Shown one piece after another: positions 11,701-24,448 of a DNA stretch of 64,000 nt (position 1 is its first letter; the number at the start of each line of letters is the position of its first letter). The stretch lies in contig JAQGDQ010000043.1 of the NCBI GenBank assembly GCA_030141605.1, forward strand, positions 620,001 to 684,000, written 5' to 3'. The notes under the pieces were generated by a model that did no database searches, had not been told where the DNA came from, and saw nothing but the letters and a program-made list of their open reading frames with translations. Source of the DNA: Tubiluchus corallicola. Taxonomy: Eukaryota; Animalia; Priapulida. A program made the translations under genes and the position numbers.

Positions 11701-14184
11701 ATCTCACCAAAATTATGACGATTATGACGACGCTGCTACTGCTGATGATGATGATGGTGATGATTAACTTTAAAAATGAGTCTTTTGTTATTTAAACGTG
11801 AAAACGTGAGATCCATTAGAAAATCCGAAACAACAGATGTCGGCTTTTAGAAGCATAATTTTTAGAGTGATTTGGTCAAATCACGAGCATGTGTGGTGCG
11901 TGCGTGTGGATGGGATGGGTGCCGGGGTGGGCGTATTTGCGAGTGCAATGAACCCGCTGTTTTGGCTGTTTACTTCAAAAGACTTTACGTCTAATGTTAC
12001 AAGCCTTAGATCTAATGTTTTGAAATGCTGCTTCTAAAATTACTCGTTTGAAAGACAGTCTTGCGCTCTAGGCCTACAGGTTATCTTTTAGCAAATAAGG
12101 AATTAACAGGGCCAAACATTTGTTCACATCTTATTCAAATAATTGAAACGAATTCCGTTCCTCAAAACACAGAAAATTGGAAACTATGTCCAACGAATAA
12201 CCAACTGAACGTTAGCATTAATTTTTCCTTAGTTTCGCTTGACTGTGTCTACTTTAATTATTCATGTTCATCAAATTTCAACGTCGGTTTTACTAATTGC
12301 ACAAAAACTCGTTTTTTTGTTTTGTAATAACTTAACAGAAGAGAGTCTTCTCGCATTTATTTCATTTCGCGCCATCTACAGACTAATTCAAGTTGCTCCT
12401 GATAATCATTTATACGTATTCTCACGATATATTTTTAATTTAATTTAATTTATTGAATATTTTTGTTGCATTTTACATGATGATCAAATGCAACTTACTA
12501 ATAAAAGATCATTAAAATAACTAAAAAAATTATTCATAAGATATTTAAGACAATGTCACATTGATTAAAAGTACAGTGAATATGACAAAAAAGGAAAATA
12601 ATAAAAGCACTGAAAATTTAGTAAAATAATAAAAGCAATGCCATAAAACATACACAATCAATGATATTCCACTGAAATTTCAATCCGAGGTAAAATGAAC
12701 ACTGAAAAATCAGCAAAACTCATATTTACGGGTAGAACTTACCAAATGTTGACGATTTCACTGAGTAAAAGATAAGTGTGTGTAACTGCTGCGTACAGTA
12801 CAAAAAATTGTAATGGCCTTTGCCTTTTGAACATCACATCAACATTGTCTGAAATAAAATGTCATTTTGAAGCAGTGTAGGTTATTATTGTACCTCTGAC
12901 AGTCATGTGTTTTTTACGTTTTTCAGCATACAAAGATGGAGTCACCTGTTGTATTACAACATCTAGACAAATTAACGTCGCACATCCAACTTGGTTGTGA
13001 TCTCAATTCTTATGAGACCACAAGTAAAAGCTACGGGAGTAAACCTGTAGCTCTTCGTGGCAAATATCTTGCAAGGGCTAATTCAAGTGCTGTCCCTCTT
13101 GATTATTATGGTGATTATAAAATTTACATTATTTTTTTACACTTGCAGGAGACGGATAACAGCACATACATTTTGATGTATGTTATTCAGTATTCACTTT
13201 TCTTGAATCGATTGCTTGCGTATTGTTTGTTTCTTTGTACTTACATTGTTTTGTTTGTCGTTTTGCTGAATTATTTGTTTGTTGAACTATATCAGTCGTT
13301 TGTTATTTATTCGTTGTTGATTATTTGCACAAGATTTAGTTTTAGCTCGTTATCCGGGGTTTATTAATCTTTCCTATAATGATCTCCCTGGCTCTTTCTT
13401 TCTGTTCATTTTTGCATTTGTTCATCCACTCGTTTGTTTGTTCACTGGCTCCAGTGCCTGCTTATTCGTTTGTACATTAAGTTTAGTCAGTCAGTCAGAT
13501 AGCCAGTCAGTCAGTAAATAAGCTAGTCAGTCACTCAGCCAGTCAATCAATAAGTTAGTCATTCAATCAGTCAGTCATATCAAAATATGTAGAAAGAACT
13601 GTTATTATAATAAATAACCTGATCCACTTAAACCACTGAAGCTTTGTGATTGATTTTTATATAAAACGCCGTATTTTTATTTGTTGCATTTTACCATAAT
13701 GAAAGCTAACCTATTCCGATTTTAGGTATAAAATTTACCAATTTTCAGGGGATAGTATGAGAAACTGTGAGTCCATTTCGACTAGTAGTTTTAAACGTCA
13801 TCAGAATATACCTCGACTTACACCAAACAAGAAAGCATGTGATAAGGTTAAGTATTGATTATAGCATAATCACCATAGTTGTTTGTAAACAGGTGCAATT
13901 GTGATATGAATATGCAGCTTATTATGAAATTTGCAACCCTCAATATTTCACTTTTTTATATTTTATTGCTTTACTTCTCAGTAGTTTTAATCATTGTTTT
14001 GTCTGTTAAAACTAATTACGAACATTTTCGGGTTTTGCAGTTACGACAGAGCAGCATTCCAAAACCTTATCTAGTAAACGATGAATTAAGTACGACGTAT
14101 AAAGATTCCTATGTGCCGAAAGAGCTACCACAGAAAATTCTTCTGGATACTTATAAGGCACGAGATTTGTTTGGTGTATTGTAA
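8748..14184 (+). CDS. TEX45/SAXO5-like axonemal microtubule inner protein (Mn-type repeats), multi-exon
   Basis: Phase-consistent exons: 8748-8956, 9133-9461, 9840-9949, 10625-10844, 11195-11328, 12927-13110, 13749-13846, 14041-14184 (or 14041-14173 joined to 15050-15105). Repeated motifs SSIPHGD..STFQDSF, SHIPKGD, SHIQLG..YETT..SY, FETTMHSTY and STTYKDSY resemble TEX45/SAXO5. Family call is from memory. Confidence 0.7.
11307..11462 (+). repeat. 78-bp tandem duplication spanning an exon/intron junction
   Basis: The unit gtcaagatcttc..aaaagtaagcg.attggataacttaagaagtcttaatgtaaa.taggcctgt starts at 11307 and again at 11385. Confidence 0.9.
13485..13577. repeat. (CAGT)n-like microsatellite
   Basis: Degenerate agtcagtcagtc runs. 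Confidence 0.8.
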
Positions 14185-14559
14185 AAATGTCTTACAGCGT
14201 TTTTAACAACAATTTGTTCTTTCTAATTTTTTATTACTCAAGGTTATTAGGTATTTAAAGTAATTGAGTATTTAAAGTATTTAAAGTATAACACCACTGT
14301 AATTATTATTTCACATACTGCAAGCATGATGGCCTTCGCATATGGAACACGTCCTGCTGGCACCGTTTCCGCACCGCTTTTCCTTACAGCTTTTTAGATC
14401 CGGACCCCGATAGAGTTTAATTGCGATGTTGAGCCACAAATTCTAAATGGTATTATCGTTGACTTGGTTGTCGTACTCATGGTGCATCTGTCCCGCGTTT
14501 TTTCCATACCCAACTATCTAATTATAGGAACACCGGGCCAAGTCCTAAACCATATGTCA

Positions 14560-14650
14560 AAACAATGAAGCCCTGTACCTCTCAGTTCAGATGTGTTCAA
14601 TTGTGGTGTACCACACACGTTCGAGGACAACAGCTCACACTGAACAACAT
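14560..14650. repeat. Dispersed repeat, inverted partner of ~27000-27080
   Basis: gtacctctcagttcagatgtgttcaattgtg here matches the reverse complement of cacaattgaacacctcagaactgagcggtac near 27043-27073. Confidence 0.6.
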
Positions 14651-16339
14651 CTGTCTAAGCTAAACTAAACTAAACTAAACAACATGATAGTCACAACTAA
14701 TGTGTAATCAGCAGACAAACTAATTGCGTTTTTATAAACGCAAATATGCAGAGCAGCAGCTATTTTAGTACGAAATTAACCAATTAACTTCAAGTAACCA
14801 AAAAATGACTTTTAAATTTAAGCAGAATGTAGAGACGAAGTTTCAAACCACTACAAAATACAGAGACATAAGTATAATAAAGAAATTAAGCTAGTTAGCT
14901 TTGCTTTACAGTAAATGAGCAACAAAAATATTAAGTCTCTCTTGCCTTTAAACATACGAACATCAGGCCTCCGATGCATTTTTCTATATTAATTGATTAT
15001 GTGCTCGTCTGCAAGATTTATTAAGTTTTTGTATTTTTCCGTTTGTCAGGCTATGGAAATGGAATAAATTTGACTGTTCCTTTCCATAGACGACCCTTAT
15101 ATTGAATGCCGGAGTCACATAAATCCCAATGGCATATTTTAACCATGATTATAACCAAAATTAACTAATATTACATTGGTGTATGATATAAGTTTTGACA
15201 ACATTTGAATTAATTTTGACAGTGAAGATCTCATTGAGGTTTATAAAAACGGGCCAGAAAAAAAACATTTTGTTTTGTCCTTATTTAAAGTTAATCAAAT
15301 AGTTCTTTTTATTTAACTTGCAAAGCCATAAGCTAAACTAAACTGCGTATTTTCTTGATTGCAAAATGGTTTAATCAACAACTTATAGACGTAAGCGTTG
15401 TGCATTTCTTCCTATAAACGATACTAGACTGTAGATTTCCACTATTTCAATTGCAATTTCCATTGACAATAACAAAATATAGAACCAGGCCAATATTTTT
15501 CCCGTTAACTAATGAAAAGTTGAGCATTTTTCATAACAGTGTTAGACAGAGCTGTGGCTAAATGTCCTGATTGTACCTGCTGCAGGAGTGTGTGAAATAA
15601 CTTGCACGCTGATTGGGCAGTCAACGAAAATGATTGACATTATGTTAGACCTCAATTAGCTAAATTAGGTAGAAAACTTTCCTGCTTTAAGTGCTATAGC
15701 TGCAATACGTTAGCTTCTCGTGGAATATTTTTAGTCAGAGAGGGAATGGGGAGGAACTTCAAAGATTAAGAATTTTCTTGACTTCAAATTGTGAAAATAA
15801 GTTTTGCATACTGCCTATGTCAAGTGAAACACACGTGCCGATGTTAATTATTGACAGAGCAGTCACGAACTATAATACACAAATAAGCAGGGCAAGTTGA
15901 TGGTGTGACTGCAGTAACTATGTATTTTCGTCCACTATCTTAAATTCTTATGGGTGATGAGCAAGAGGTAGGTGCAGGTGTGTAGTGTAGGCAGGTAAAG
16001 TTGTTAGTACACAACGCTGGTGATCCAAGATAAATGATTGATTTCTTGATCTGGGATGACATCGTATTTTAGTACCATCTTGGATGGATCTAACAGCCCC
16101 TTTTCATGGTTAGCATTGATTACACCACTAATGGAAGAGAACAAGTTGCTCAAAGAAAGCACGCATTTCATTCTCCCTCTACTAACCAGCTGATCCAATA
16201 ACTCCTTTCTCAGATTATCTGCATTACTAGATTCGCCACATAATGATATTCTTATAGGTCACCTCATTATGTCATCTTCTCATTTATGCCTTCACGAAAA
16301 GGGGATGTGTTTGAATTCACCATTGTAGTCTTGGCATAT

Positions 16340-16885
16340 TATTAGGTCTTGGCAATAAAGATGTTGTTTAAGACTCATATCGACATGATTAAAAGTAACA
16401 TATCAAAAAGCATAGACGTTATGTTTAGAACAAAAAATTGTTTTAATGAACCTCATTTACTAACCCTGTATAACCGCCTGATTTTGCCATATTTAACATA
16501 CGATTGCATTAATCTTTGCGGGCACACTACCGAACATATATACTGCAAATGTAAATAAATTCCGAGTTATTCAAAAGAAATTTTTAAGAATGGTTAATAA
16601 CCTTAGAAAACGAGAAGATTCAAACTTTCTTTACTACCAACAAAATTTCAATAATTGTTGATGATATAATTGAATTAAATGCAGATGTTTTTTTAATCAA
16701 TCTATTTCCTACTTTAAATGTTCGCATTATGCTGCCAGAGCAAACCAGTTCTGGCACACCAGTTCATTTCCAATGCAGGTCCAAGGCTTTGGAATGAAGT
16801 AGATGGTGAATCAAGTATGGTCTCATCAAATTTTTGGAGAGTTTGCGGAACTTTAAAAATGAAATTTACAAAGCGAACATTTTCA
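16340..16885 (+). mobile_element. Decayed L2/CR1-group LINE 3' fragment
   Basis: FKTHIDMIKSNISKSI...LLTLYNRLILPYLTY and ISNAGPRLWNEV are typical ORF2 C-terminal motifs. Confidence 0.75.
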
Positions 16886-17439
16886 AAAAGCAATTCTCCT
16901 TAAAATACCTGTTATAGCTGCTACATCACCTACTGGCTACTACCACATTGACTATTATCAATAAATAATTTGCATTAAATTTATTAGTTAAGAATTATAG
17001 TATTTATTGCAATATGCACCACCCATCTTCTCTGTCTCCCCTATTTTGACCTAGTTTTTCTCAAACTTTATTTCTATTACTAACCTTAGTTCTCTTCTTT
17101 CACGTGTTCAAAAAGCTTTTACAAGTTCACAAGCTTTTTGTAGTACAATGGTTAGGATCTCAGTGTGTAAATTGTGACTGGAAACATATCAATTACTTGA
17201 TTATTTTGTGCTATAATTTTATTTTTGTGTAATGTTTTGTACTGTTGCACTAGATGAGAAAAAATAATTACAAGACTCAATTCTGCTTAGAATTAGAGGC
17301 TTAAAACAAAACGTGTTATTTATTGTTAATGTGATGTGCTGAGTTACTGTTAATGTGATGTGCTGGCGGCATAAACTTTGGTGTCCTTGTGCTATGTCTC
17401 TCAGTTTACAAAATTTCCGGAGTCGCCCAATACTACGCC

Positions 17440-17691
17440 GCCGAGCTCTTAGAAGTGTCTGAAATAAAACGGACCTGAGGAGAAAATATCGATAAATCGC
17501 ACGAGAGCAAGCGAGACTTCTGGTTATTGCCACACATGGAAGAAATTACCACGTGTTGTGTAAATTCTTTTTTGTTTTATACGAATATGTGACAATTACT
17601 TACCCAAGAATAGTTGAGCGTGTCTTTGTTTGTGCAAGAAAGTTGTAGAGTATTATTTAGAGGAAAATCGCAGCTTACGGATCCCATAAGT
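17440..17691 (+). promoter_or_regulatory. Putative AKAP1 promoter and non-coding first exon
   Basis: Local CpG enrichment, TATCGATA (DRE-like) at 17487-17494, CACGTG near 17550, strong donor gtaagt at 17692. The AKAP1 ATG directly follows an acceptor, so an upstream UTR exon is required. Confidence 0.5.
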
Positions 17692-19819
17692 GTAAGTTGT
17701 TTTTATATGTTTATTAACATCTGCGGCAACTGCCATATTGAAAAATCGGCATGTTTAAGATATTGTTTTTTTCATTATGGTGTAACTGATTAGTTGCGGT
17801 ACTGTGCGCTATTTCCAAATGTGAAAAAGTGTTTAATAGAGTTACTTTCCTTGGATTAATTACTTCAAATGTGAAATGTGGATTCTATGAAATTTACAAG
17901 GCGCAGTGGACTTGGTAACACTCAAGTTCTGCAAAGACAGTAAGAAAATTAGTGCAACCAAAACATAAAATATTGTACTAAAAATCAAAAGTGCACTTGG
18001 TTGTTTATGGTACCAGCTCGAAAGCACCATGTCTTCTTTCAGAATGTCAGTACATTCTGAAAGGCAAAAAAGCCATGCATATGATTTTATTCTGAAGCCA
18101 AAGGCCAAAAATAGAGTTTTACTCCTTAAAAATATGTAGTAGTGGTGTTAAGGTCATTTGATGAAACAGATGCTGCTAAAATATTTACTGTGCATGAAGT
18201 TATTGAAATTATTTTATTATATAGTTGAATAAAAACATTTTCCTAAAACGGAAGTAAATTTTGGTTTATAAGTTGCTTTAAAGTTTGTACACAAATTGAC
18301 AGCATATTTGTTTTTTAGCCATCTACCTGCTGCTCGAGAATATTCTATGAACTTTTTAATTTTGTGAATTCGCATCTTGACACGTTTTTAGTTCAGCAGG
18401 ATGCAATATTTCTTCAAATGAGAAAGTTCGTAGGTACTTCATTGTCATTGCCACTGCAAAAAAGGAAGTTGAAACTTAAGTTGGTCTTTTGTTGCACTTG
18501 ACACTATTTAGCTTTGCATTTTACCACAAGTTTGCAATAGTGTGTCCATATTTTGCTAGAGCTTGAACAAAATGTTTCTTTGTTGCACATATGTTATCTG
18601 GATACTTGGGCCATTCTCACAAAATGGTGTCTTCAACAATTTTATAGTTGGACTTGAAAGCAGAGATTTCTTGAAAAGCTTCACAATCTATGGCACCAGT
18701 AATTTGACGAGTCAGTGGATAATGTCCAAATTGAAAATCCCAAAACCTAATCGGGACCAGAATTTCGACACGAATGCCCAAAATCCATTCCCCTAAACAT
18801 TCTTGAAAATGACCATGACTGTGAATGTAATTTGACTCTTGCAAGTTTTACTCGTATACTGGCAATAATCTGATGTTTTCGCTCTCTGCTTTACACTAGA
18901 ATGTATGCTGCCACATATCGCTTGCGAGTTTGATTAGTTACTTCCCAACTATCTTTGGTGCACTGCGCTTTTCATTCAAAGTTGTATGTAAAAATTGTAG
19001 GGTTGTCAAGCCAACAAGAACGCAACTAGAGGCAGATAGCGTGAAGTTTGAAACGGCTGATTTGTCAAATTACCAGTAAAGTTTTTGTATTGTGTGAAAA
19101 TATAGAGCAGTTCTTGTTTCAAATACTTGTGTTACATTTCTTGATGAAGGCAGTAATGATTGTAGTTAACTGACAAAAACAACAGTCAACAAAATTCTAT
19201 ATTGCCTGGAGACTGAATTAGGAAATGTCAGGTCTCATTCTAACAAAAATGTTAGTACCCCTAGTGATTAATTCTTTAATAACTCAAATTGAAATTCAGT
19301 CTTGACTGCGACAGTAATTATAACCCATGATACTTGAACTATGTAATTTAGAATTCGATTCTTTGGATTCTTGTAAAGTGTCACAGCGAGAATAATATGC
19401 TTAGATTTTGGTAAAAATAATGAAATTCTGGCCCTGCTAATGTCTACCAACCAAAATTAACGTCCACCAACCAGGACTGATATTGCCTATGTCTTGCTAT
19501 AATGCAGTAAAATCTGTGTTCATAAGTGCTACATATGTTGAGGAACGGATTTCACATGATCGTAATCCACTATTGTAAGACAGCTCCCTGAATTATTAAG
19601 TTTTTGCAAACTTGTTTTATCACATTTTGTGAGAATAGCCCACTTGCAACTGTAGACCATGTCTCAACTCGTATTGTTGTCAATCGTTGTAACTTCATTT
19701 AGAGTCAACTGCTACTTTAAATGCCACTATGGTCGCTGAAAAGCTAAATACAGTATACTGACACCAATAAATCAGACTGCTGTCCTTCAGTTCTCAATTT
19801 TAGTTATTAGAGAATTAAT

Positions 19820-20170
19820 GGGATAATTTTCAGTAGCATTTATCCGAGGTTGTACTAGTATTTATCCAGTTTACCTTTTCTTTTCTCCTTGATGTCAAAA
19901 ACCACTGAAAATTTTTGGCTAAATTAGTTCAAATACAGTGAAAATTTCATTTACATAACTGTTTGTGACGTGCTTTTACCGGCAATGTGGCATATCTTCA
20001 GTGCTGACGACTGTGAAATTTTAGGGTCTGCAGGTCCAATATCAAACCACGTTTAAATTTACTTGAGCAAAATCACATTTAATTTGATAATTTATAAAAT
20101 ATTGGCAACAAAATATCTACAAAATAAAGTTTGTTTATTTTTAATGAAGTATTATGGTCTTTAAACATTA
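19820..20170 (+). repeat. Partial copy of the hAT-like element at 25709-26340
   Basis: Colinear similarity to ~25795-26110 (ttttggctaaa.tagttcaaata, catatcttca.tgctgac.actgtgaa, ggcaacaaaatat). Confidence 0.75.
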
Positions 20171-22907
20171 ATCATTAAGAATACTTAAATCCAAAAACAT
20201 TATAACACATTTTCTAAGGTAAGCCACTCCATCAAATTTGAAGTTCTATACTATAAAACTTCCTTGTCCCCGATCTTCGCCTGGTTTTTTTTTCAGATGT
20301 CTTGTCATATTGCATTAAACACTTCTTACCTGACTTCAGCATTAGACTAATAGTAGATTTATTGTTTTTTTTTTTGTAAAACAGAAACAATAGCACCATG
20401 ATTTAGTTCAGAAATGGTTTATTGTATTAAGCAATCCTGGCTTTTGGTGTTATTTGTCGAGTGAGTAATTTGTGCTGTAGCTGCAAATGAAGAAAACTTG
20501 GGTTTCTTTGTATAAACATGGCCCCTACTTATTTTCAAAATGGTATTGATACAAAGGCACAAACGTGCTTACATATAGGACTTGTTTTATATGTTGAGCT
20601 ATACTAACAATAAACCATTTCTATGAAGTATTGTAAGCCTCCGAAGAAATATTATAACCTATGTAAGTGCAGATTGTGCTCCAGGTAAGGTATTTATTTG
20701 TATAATTGTGCATTAAGTCTGAGTAAAAACGCATTGTTAATCACAACTGGGAACAAAAATGCAATGACAGTAGCATTAACATATTGATATTTAAAAAATA
20801 GAAAGATTACTTATAAAAGTGTTGAAGCCAAAATGTGAGCAAAAATAAGCTAAAATAAATGACGTAGTTTCAATAATTATAATTATATTGCTAAATTGAA
20901 AAATAGCTGCTGACTAAACCTGTAACAGTGTTGCCTGCCTCGTTGTTTCTAGAACACCTAATAATGTTACGTACTCCACAAAGACCATAGACTCATAGAC
21001 ATGCACTATATTAGAGTGCATTTAGTAGTATATATGAACATTGAACACATCTTTTACCTTGGTCACGTCATTGTCTCAGGAAACCTGGGAAGAGTCAAGT
21101 ACTTTAGTTACTTGCTAACAAACAGCAGTTTTCTTATGTGCTAGTTCAATCTGTGTATTGGAAATAACTTTCTAGTTTTGCAGCATTGCAAAAATGGTCT
21201 GACAAAATACTTGTGTGGAAAGGAAATAGTGGAAAATTCAGTCTTTAAGACACAATTTGAGCGTGGAACATATACTTATAACATGGCCACTAAGAAATCA
21301 TTAGAGGACAGCCATAATTTTGATACGGATGTGCTTTTCTCAATGTTTTTAATAAGTTAATGATTTAAAAATATACCTCATTGTATGTACACTTCACGCT
21401 GCTCACATGTAGGCCTATGTACCACGTAATTATTTAGTGTAACATGTTATAATCCATTAGCTTTTCTTGTGTCAAAATCAATGCATAGTGGGACAACTCC
21501 GCTGTATTTAATTATTTGAACCCAGGATTTGATCCATAAGAAAATAGTTGCACCAATAAAACTTTACCGATGTAGCATTTGCCATATGTGAAATTTGTCT
21601 CTGTATTGAACAAGTTACAAGTTAGCAGCAAATGGTATATTAGATACATATTAAGACATATGCTAGCAGTGTGTTTGTTATACTAATATGGCTCAAGTGA
21701 TGTTGATAAAAATATTAGGTTGTTCAAATAAAGAGTAGCTACCCACTTAATTTTCAAAACTGCTTCTTGTTAAGTTTGGACCATCATGGCAAAACAAACC
21801 TCTTTATAGGCTACTTTGCAAGCGAGTAACCAAAATTATTACATTCTCAAATTATGAAGTCAGTTGGAACGGAAGTTTTGCACAAACAATTGTTTGTTAA
21901 GCATTTTAAGAGATGGAAAATACACAGTACAAAACAAGTTAGGTATCATAGTGCTTTCGAAAAAATAGCACTTTTTGGAATCTGTAGAGATGTTTAAGTT
22001 AAAATGAGCATGTTTCCTTTAAAAGAAGTATTTGTGCTTGGTTTAAAGTAGGCGGTTGGCCTGTAATTGACCTGGTTTTGCTTCGCTTAGCGAACATATC
22101 AAATTTTTGCACTGGCATGTTGGCGCTGCTGTACCGCGAAAACTGAAAGCATCTTTTTTAAATAGCTAGTGCTTGCAGTTTTCATTGGGGCAGCTTTAAA
22201 TTGTAGTTACTTTAGGGAAGGGTGTTCTTTGAGTTCTAGAAGCTAGTGTTGCTTTTCCAAATGAAATAGCAGTGTTTACATTTGAACGTAATACATAGTA
22301 AGTTTATCATCAATTCGTGTGTTAGCATTAATTTGAACATGCCTTGACGCATAACCGTCCATAGTCCATTTAGTTAGAGCATAAAAACGTTTTCTTGGGC
22401 ACTTTAACAAACACTTGCATTAGGTTGTTGCGGGCTTTAACCTTTCAGTCCGGGGCACGTTGTTACACACGGCCTAGTTTTAGAGTTGCATTTTTCACTG
22501 AAGCCAAGTTTAGTTTTGGGTAAACAAGTGGTACGAGCTCATTGAGTTATAGCGACTTGCACATTAATAATATCCAGTACTTATCCAATGTTATATTGAT
22601 ATTGACCAAGGCCATTCTTGTTATTTCAATTAATAATTAACAAATCTGTGGTGTACTGTTTGTTTTGTTGTTACTATGAACCTGTTAGAACATTTCTGTG
22701 CTTATGTATTGAGGCAACCAAAATACAGTTAATGCAGTATTACTAGACGTTACAGGCTGTGCCTGTTCAATGTATTTAGTTTGCTGCATGATAGCTTGAC
22801 TAAATTTGATTGTAAGTCTGCTCTTTCTGTATGTCCATCCTTTGAGGCTGCAACAGCGGCTTGATGAAGCCTAGATAACAACTATTTAGAATGCTTTGGC
22901 TCCGAAT

Positions 22908-23715
22908 TTAGGAAAGTTTGGTATGTACAGGTAAATTTGACATCAGCAAAATTTGGTACTGGAAAAATTGGCTACAAGGAATTTTTTGTACATGGAAAAT
23001 TTGGTACTATAATCATTAGGTATAAGGAATTTTTGTACGTTGTAATTTTGGCACAGGTATAAATGGTACTATCGTCTTAAGGTACAAGGAATTTTTGGTA
23101 CTAAGAAAATGTGGTACGGGGAATGTTTGGTACGAGGAAAATATAGCACCAGGAATATTTAGTGCTAAGAAATTGTGGTACAAAGAAGTTTTGCTACTAA
23201 GAAAATATGGTATCTGAAAAATCTTGTACTGGGAAAGTTTAGTACTGGAAAATTTGATACTAAATAGAAAAGAGAGCATAAAAATAGCAGTGATGACGAT
23301 GATGACAACAAAAAAAGCATGCAAGAAACAAACCTCTGCTAACAACAACAGCAGCAAAAGCTGTAGTAATAGCAACAATAACATCAACATCGACAACATT
23401 AGCAACAGCAGCGAAACAGCAATGATAATGGCAACTGCAAACACAGCTATAATAACAGAACAGCAGCAACAGTGCATTTCTGCATCAAATTTGCTTAGTA
23501 TATACGAAACTTTTCCATTACTAATCTTTGCTACCACTAGACGTGTTCTATGCCGTTTTTACCTTGCACCAGATTTGTTTATATCAAAAATGCTGGACAA
23601 AACTTTGCCAGTACTGTATTTGCAGTATCAAAATTTCCAGTACCAAACTTTCCCAGGCAACGAATTTTCTCGTAGTGAAATAACTAGGATAAAATTACTG
23701 GGTACCTTTGGCAAT
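22908..23715. mobile_element. Foldback-like element, GTACCAAATTT family, copy 2
   Basis: Left arm 22910-23260 of aaatttggtact..gg units, central ACA/GCA triplet tract, and inverted right arm (ccagtaccaaacttt) at ~23600-23705. Confidence 0.6.
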
Positions 23716-24259
23716 TAGTGCTCTGAATGATAAATGTTAAAACATTTCCCAATCACAACCTGATGTTCAAGAGCATTGACTGTGTGATTGATATCTTTAT
23801 CTGTGGTCATTTACAGAGTTGCATTTTGTTAACGAAGTTTCGGTTTTTTGTGACTTATTTGGAATGCAGAATTTGTCCAGACACTACTATGAGATTGACC
23901 TGTTGCTGTAATCTAGTCTTCCGTAAGCATGTTGTTACCCACTTCTTGATCGAGTCACATTACCCATTACTACTGACCTGCCCAAAAATGAATAGTAAAA
24001 CTAGATGGTTAGTGAAGGCTAGGGTATGCTTTGGAAGGATGAATCACTAAAGTTTGGCTCCCAGTTTGTGAAATTGGAGTTTTTCATTGATCTCTAATTG
24101 ATAGATCTGTACTTCAGGGTTAATTTGAGAGTCATTACTTTTTAATTCACTATAATGTAAAACTAGTGCAATATATACAATTTTTTATTACATGTATATG
24201 GACATTGGCACATTAGCGTCACATTAGATTTTGAGATTAAATGATCTTCCGGCTTTCCC

Positions 24260-24260
<1 letters not shown>

Positions 24261-24312
<52 letters not shown>
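24261..24312. repeat. (TC)n microsatellite
   Basis: Pure TC run. Confidence 0.97.
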
Positions 24313-24315
<3 letters not shown>

Positions 24316-24448
24316 AAGTAGAGCATAAACAGTAATAACCTAATCAGCTAACTAGTGGGACGTAGTTTATAATACATCAACCTTCTGAACCTTCATGAAA
24401 ATCTTTTTTATAATTTCATTAAAACATTTTATTGTTTGTCTTTTTCAG

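Noticed and set aside
23016-23718. 173-aa and 164-aa ORFs
   Set aside because: Translations of minisatellite arms and triplet repeats inside an AKAP1 intron.
24395-24448. Upstream ATG extension of the AKAP1 ORF
   Set aside because: It is the intronic polypyrimidine tract; the acceptor ends at 24448, immediately before the likely ATG.
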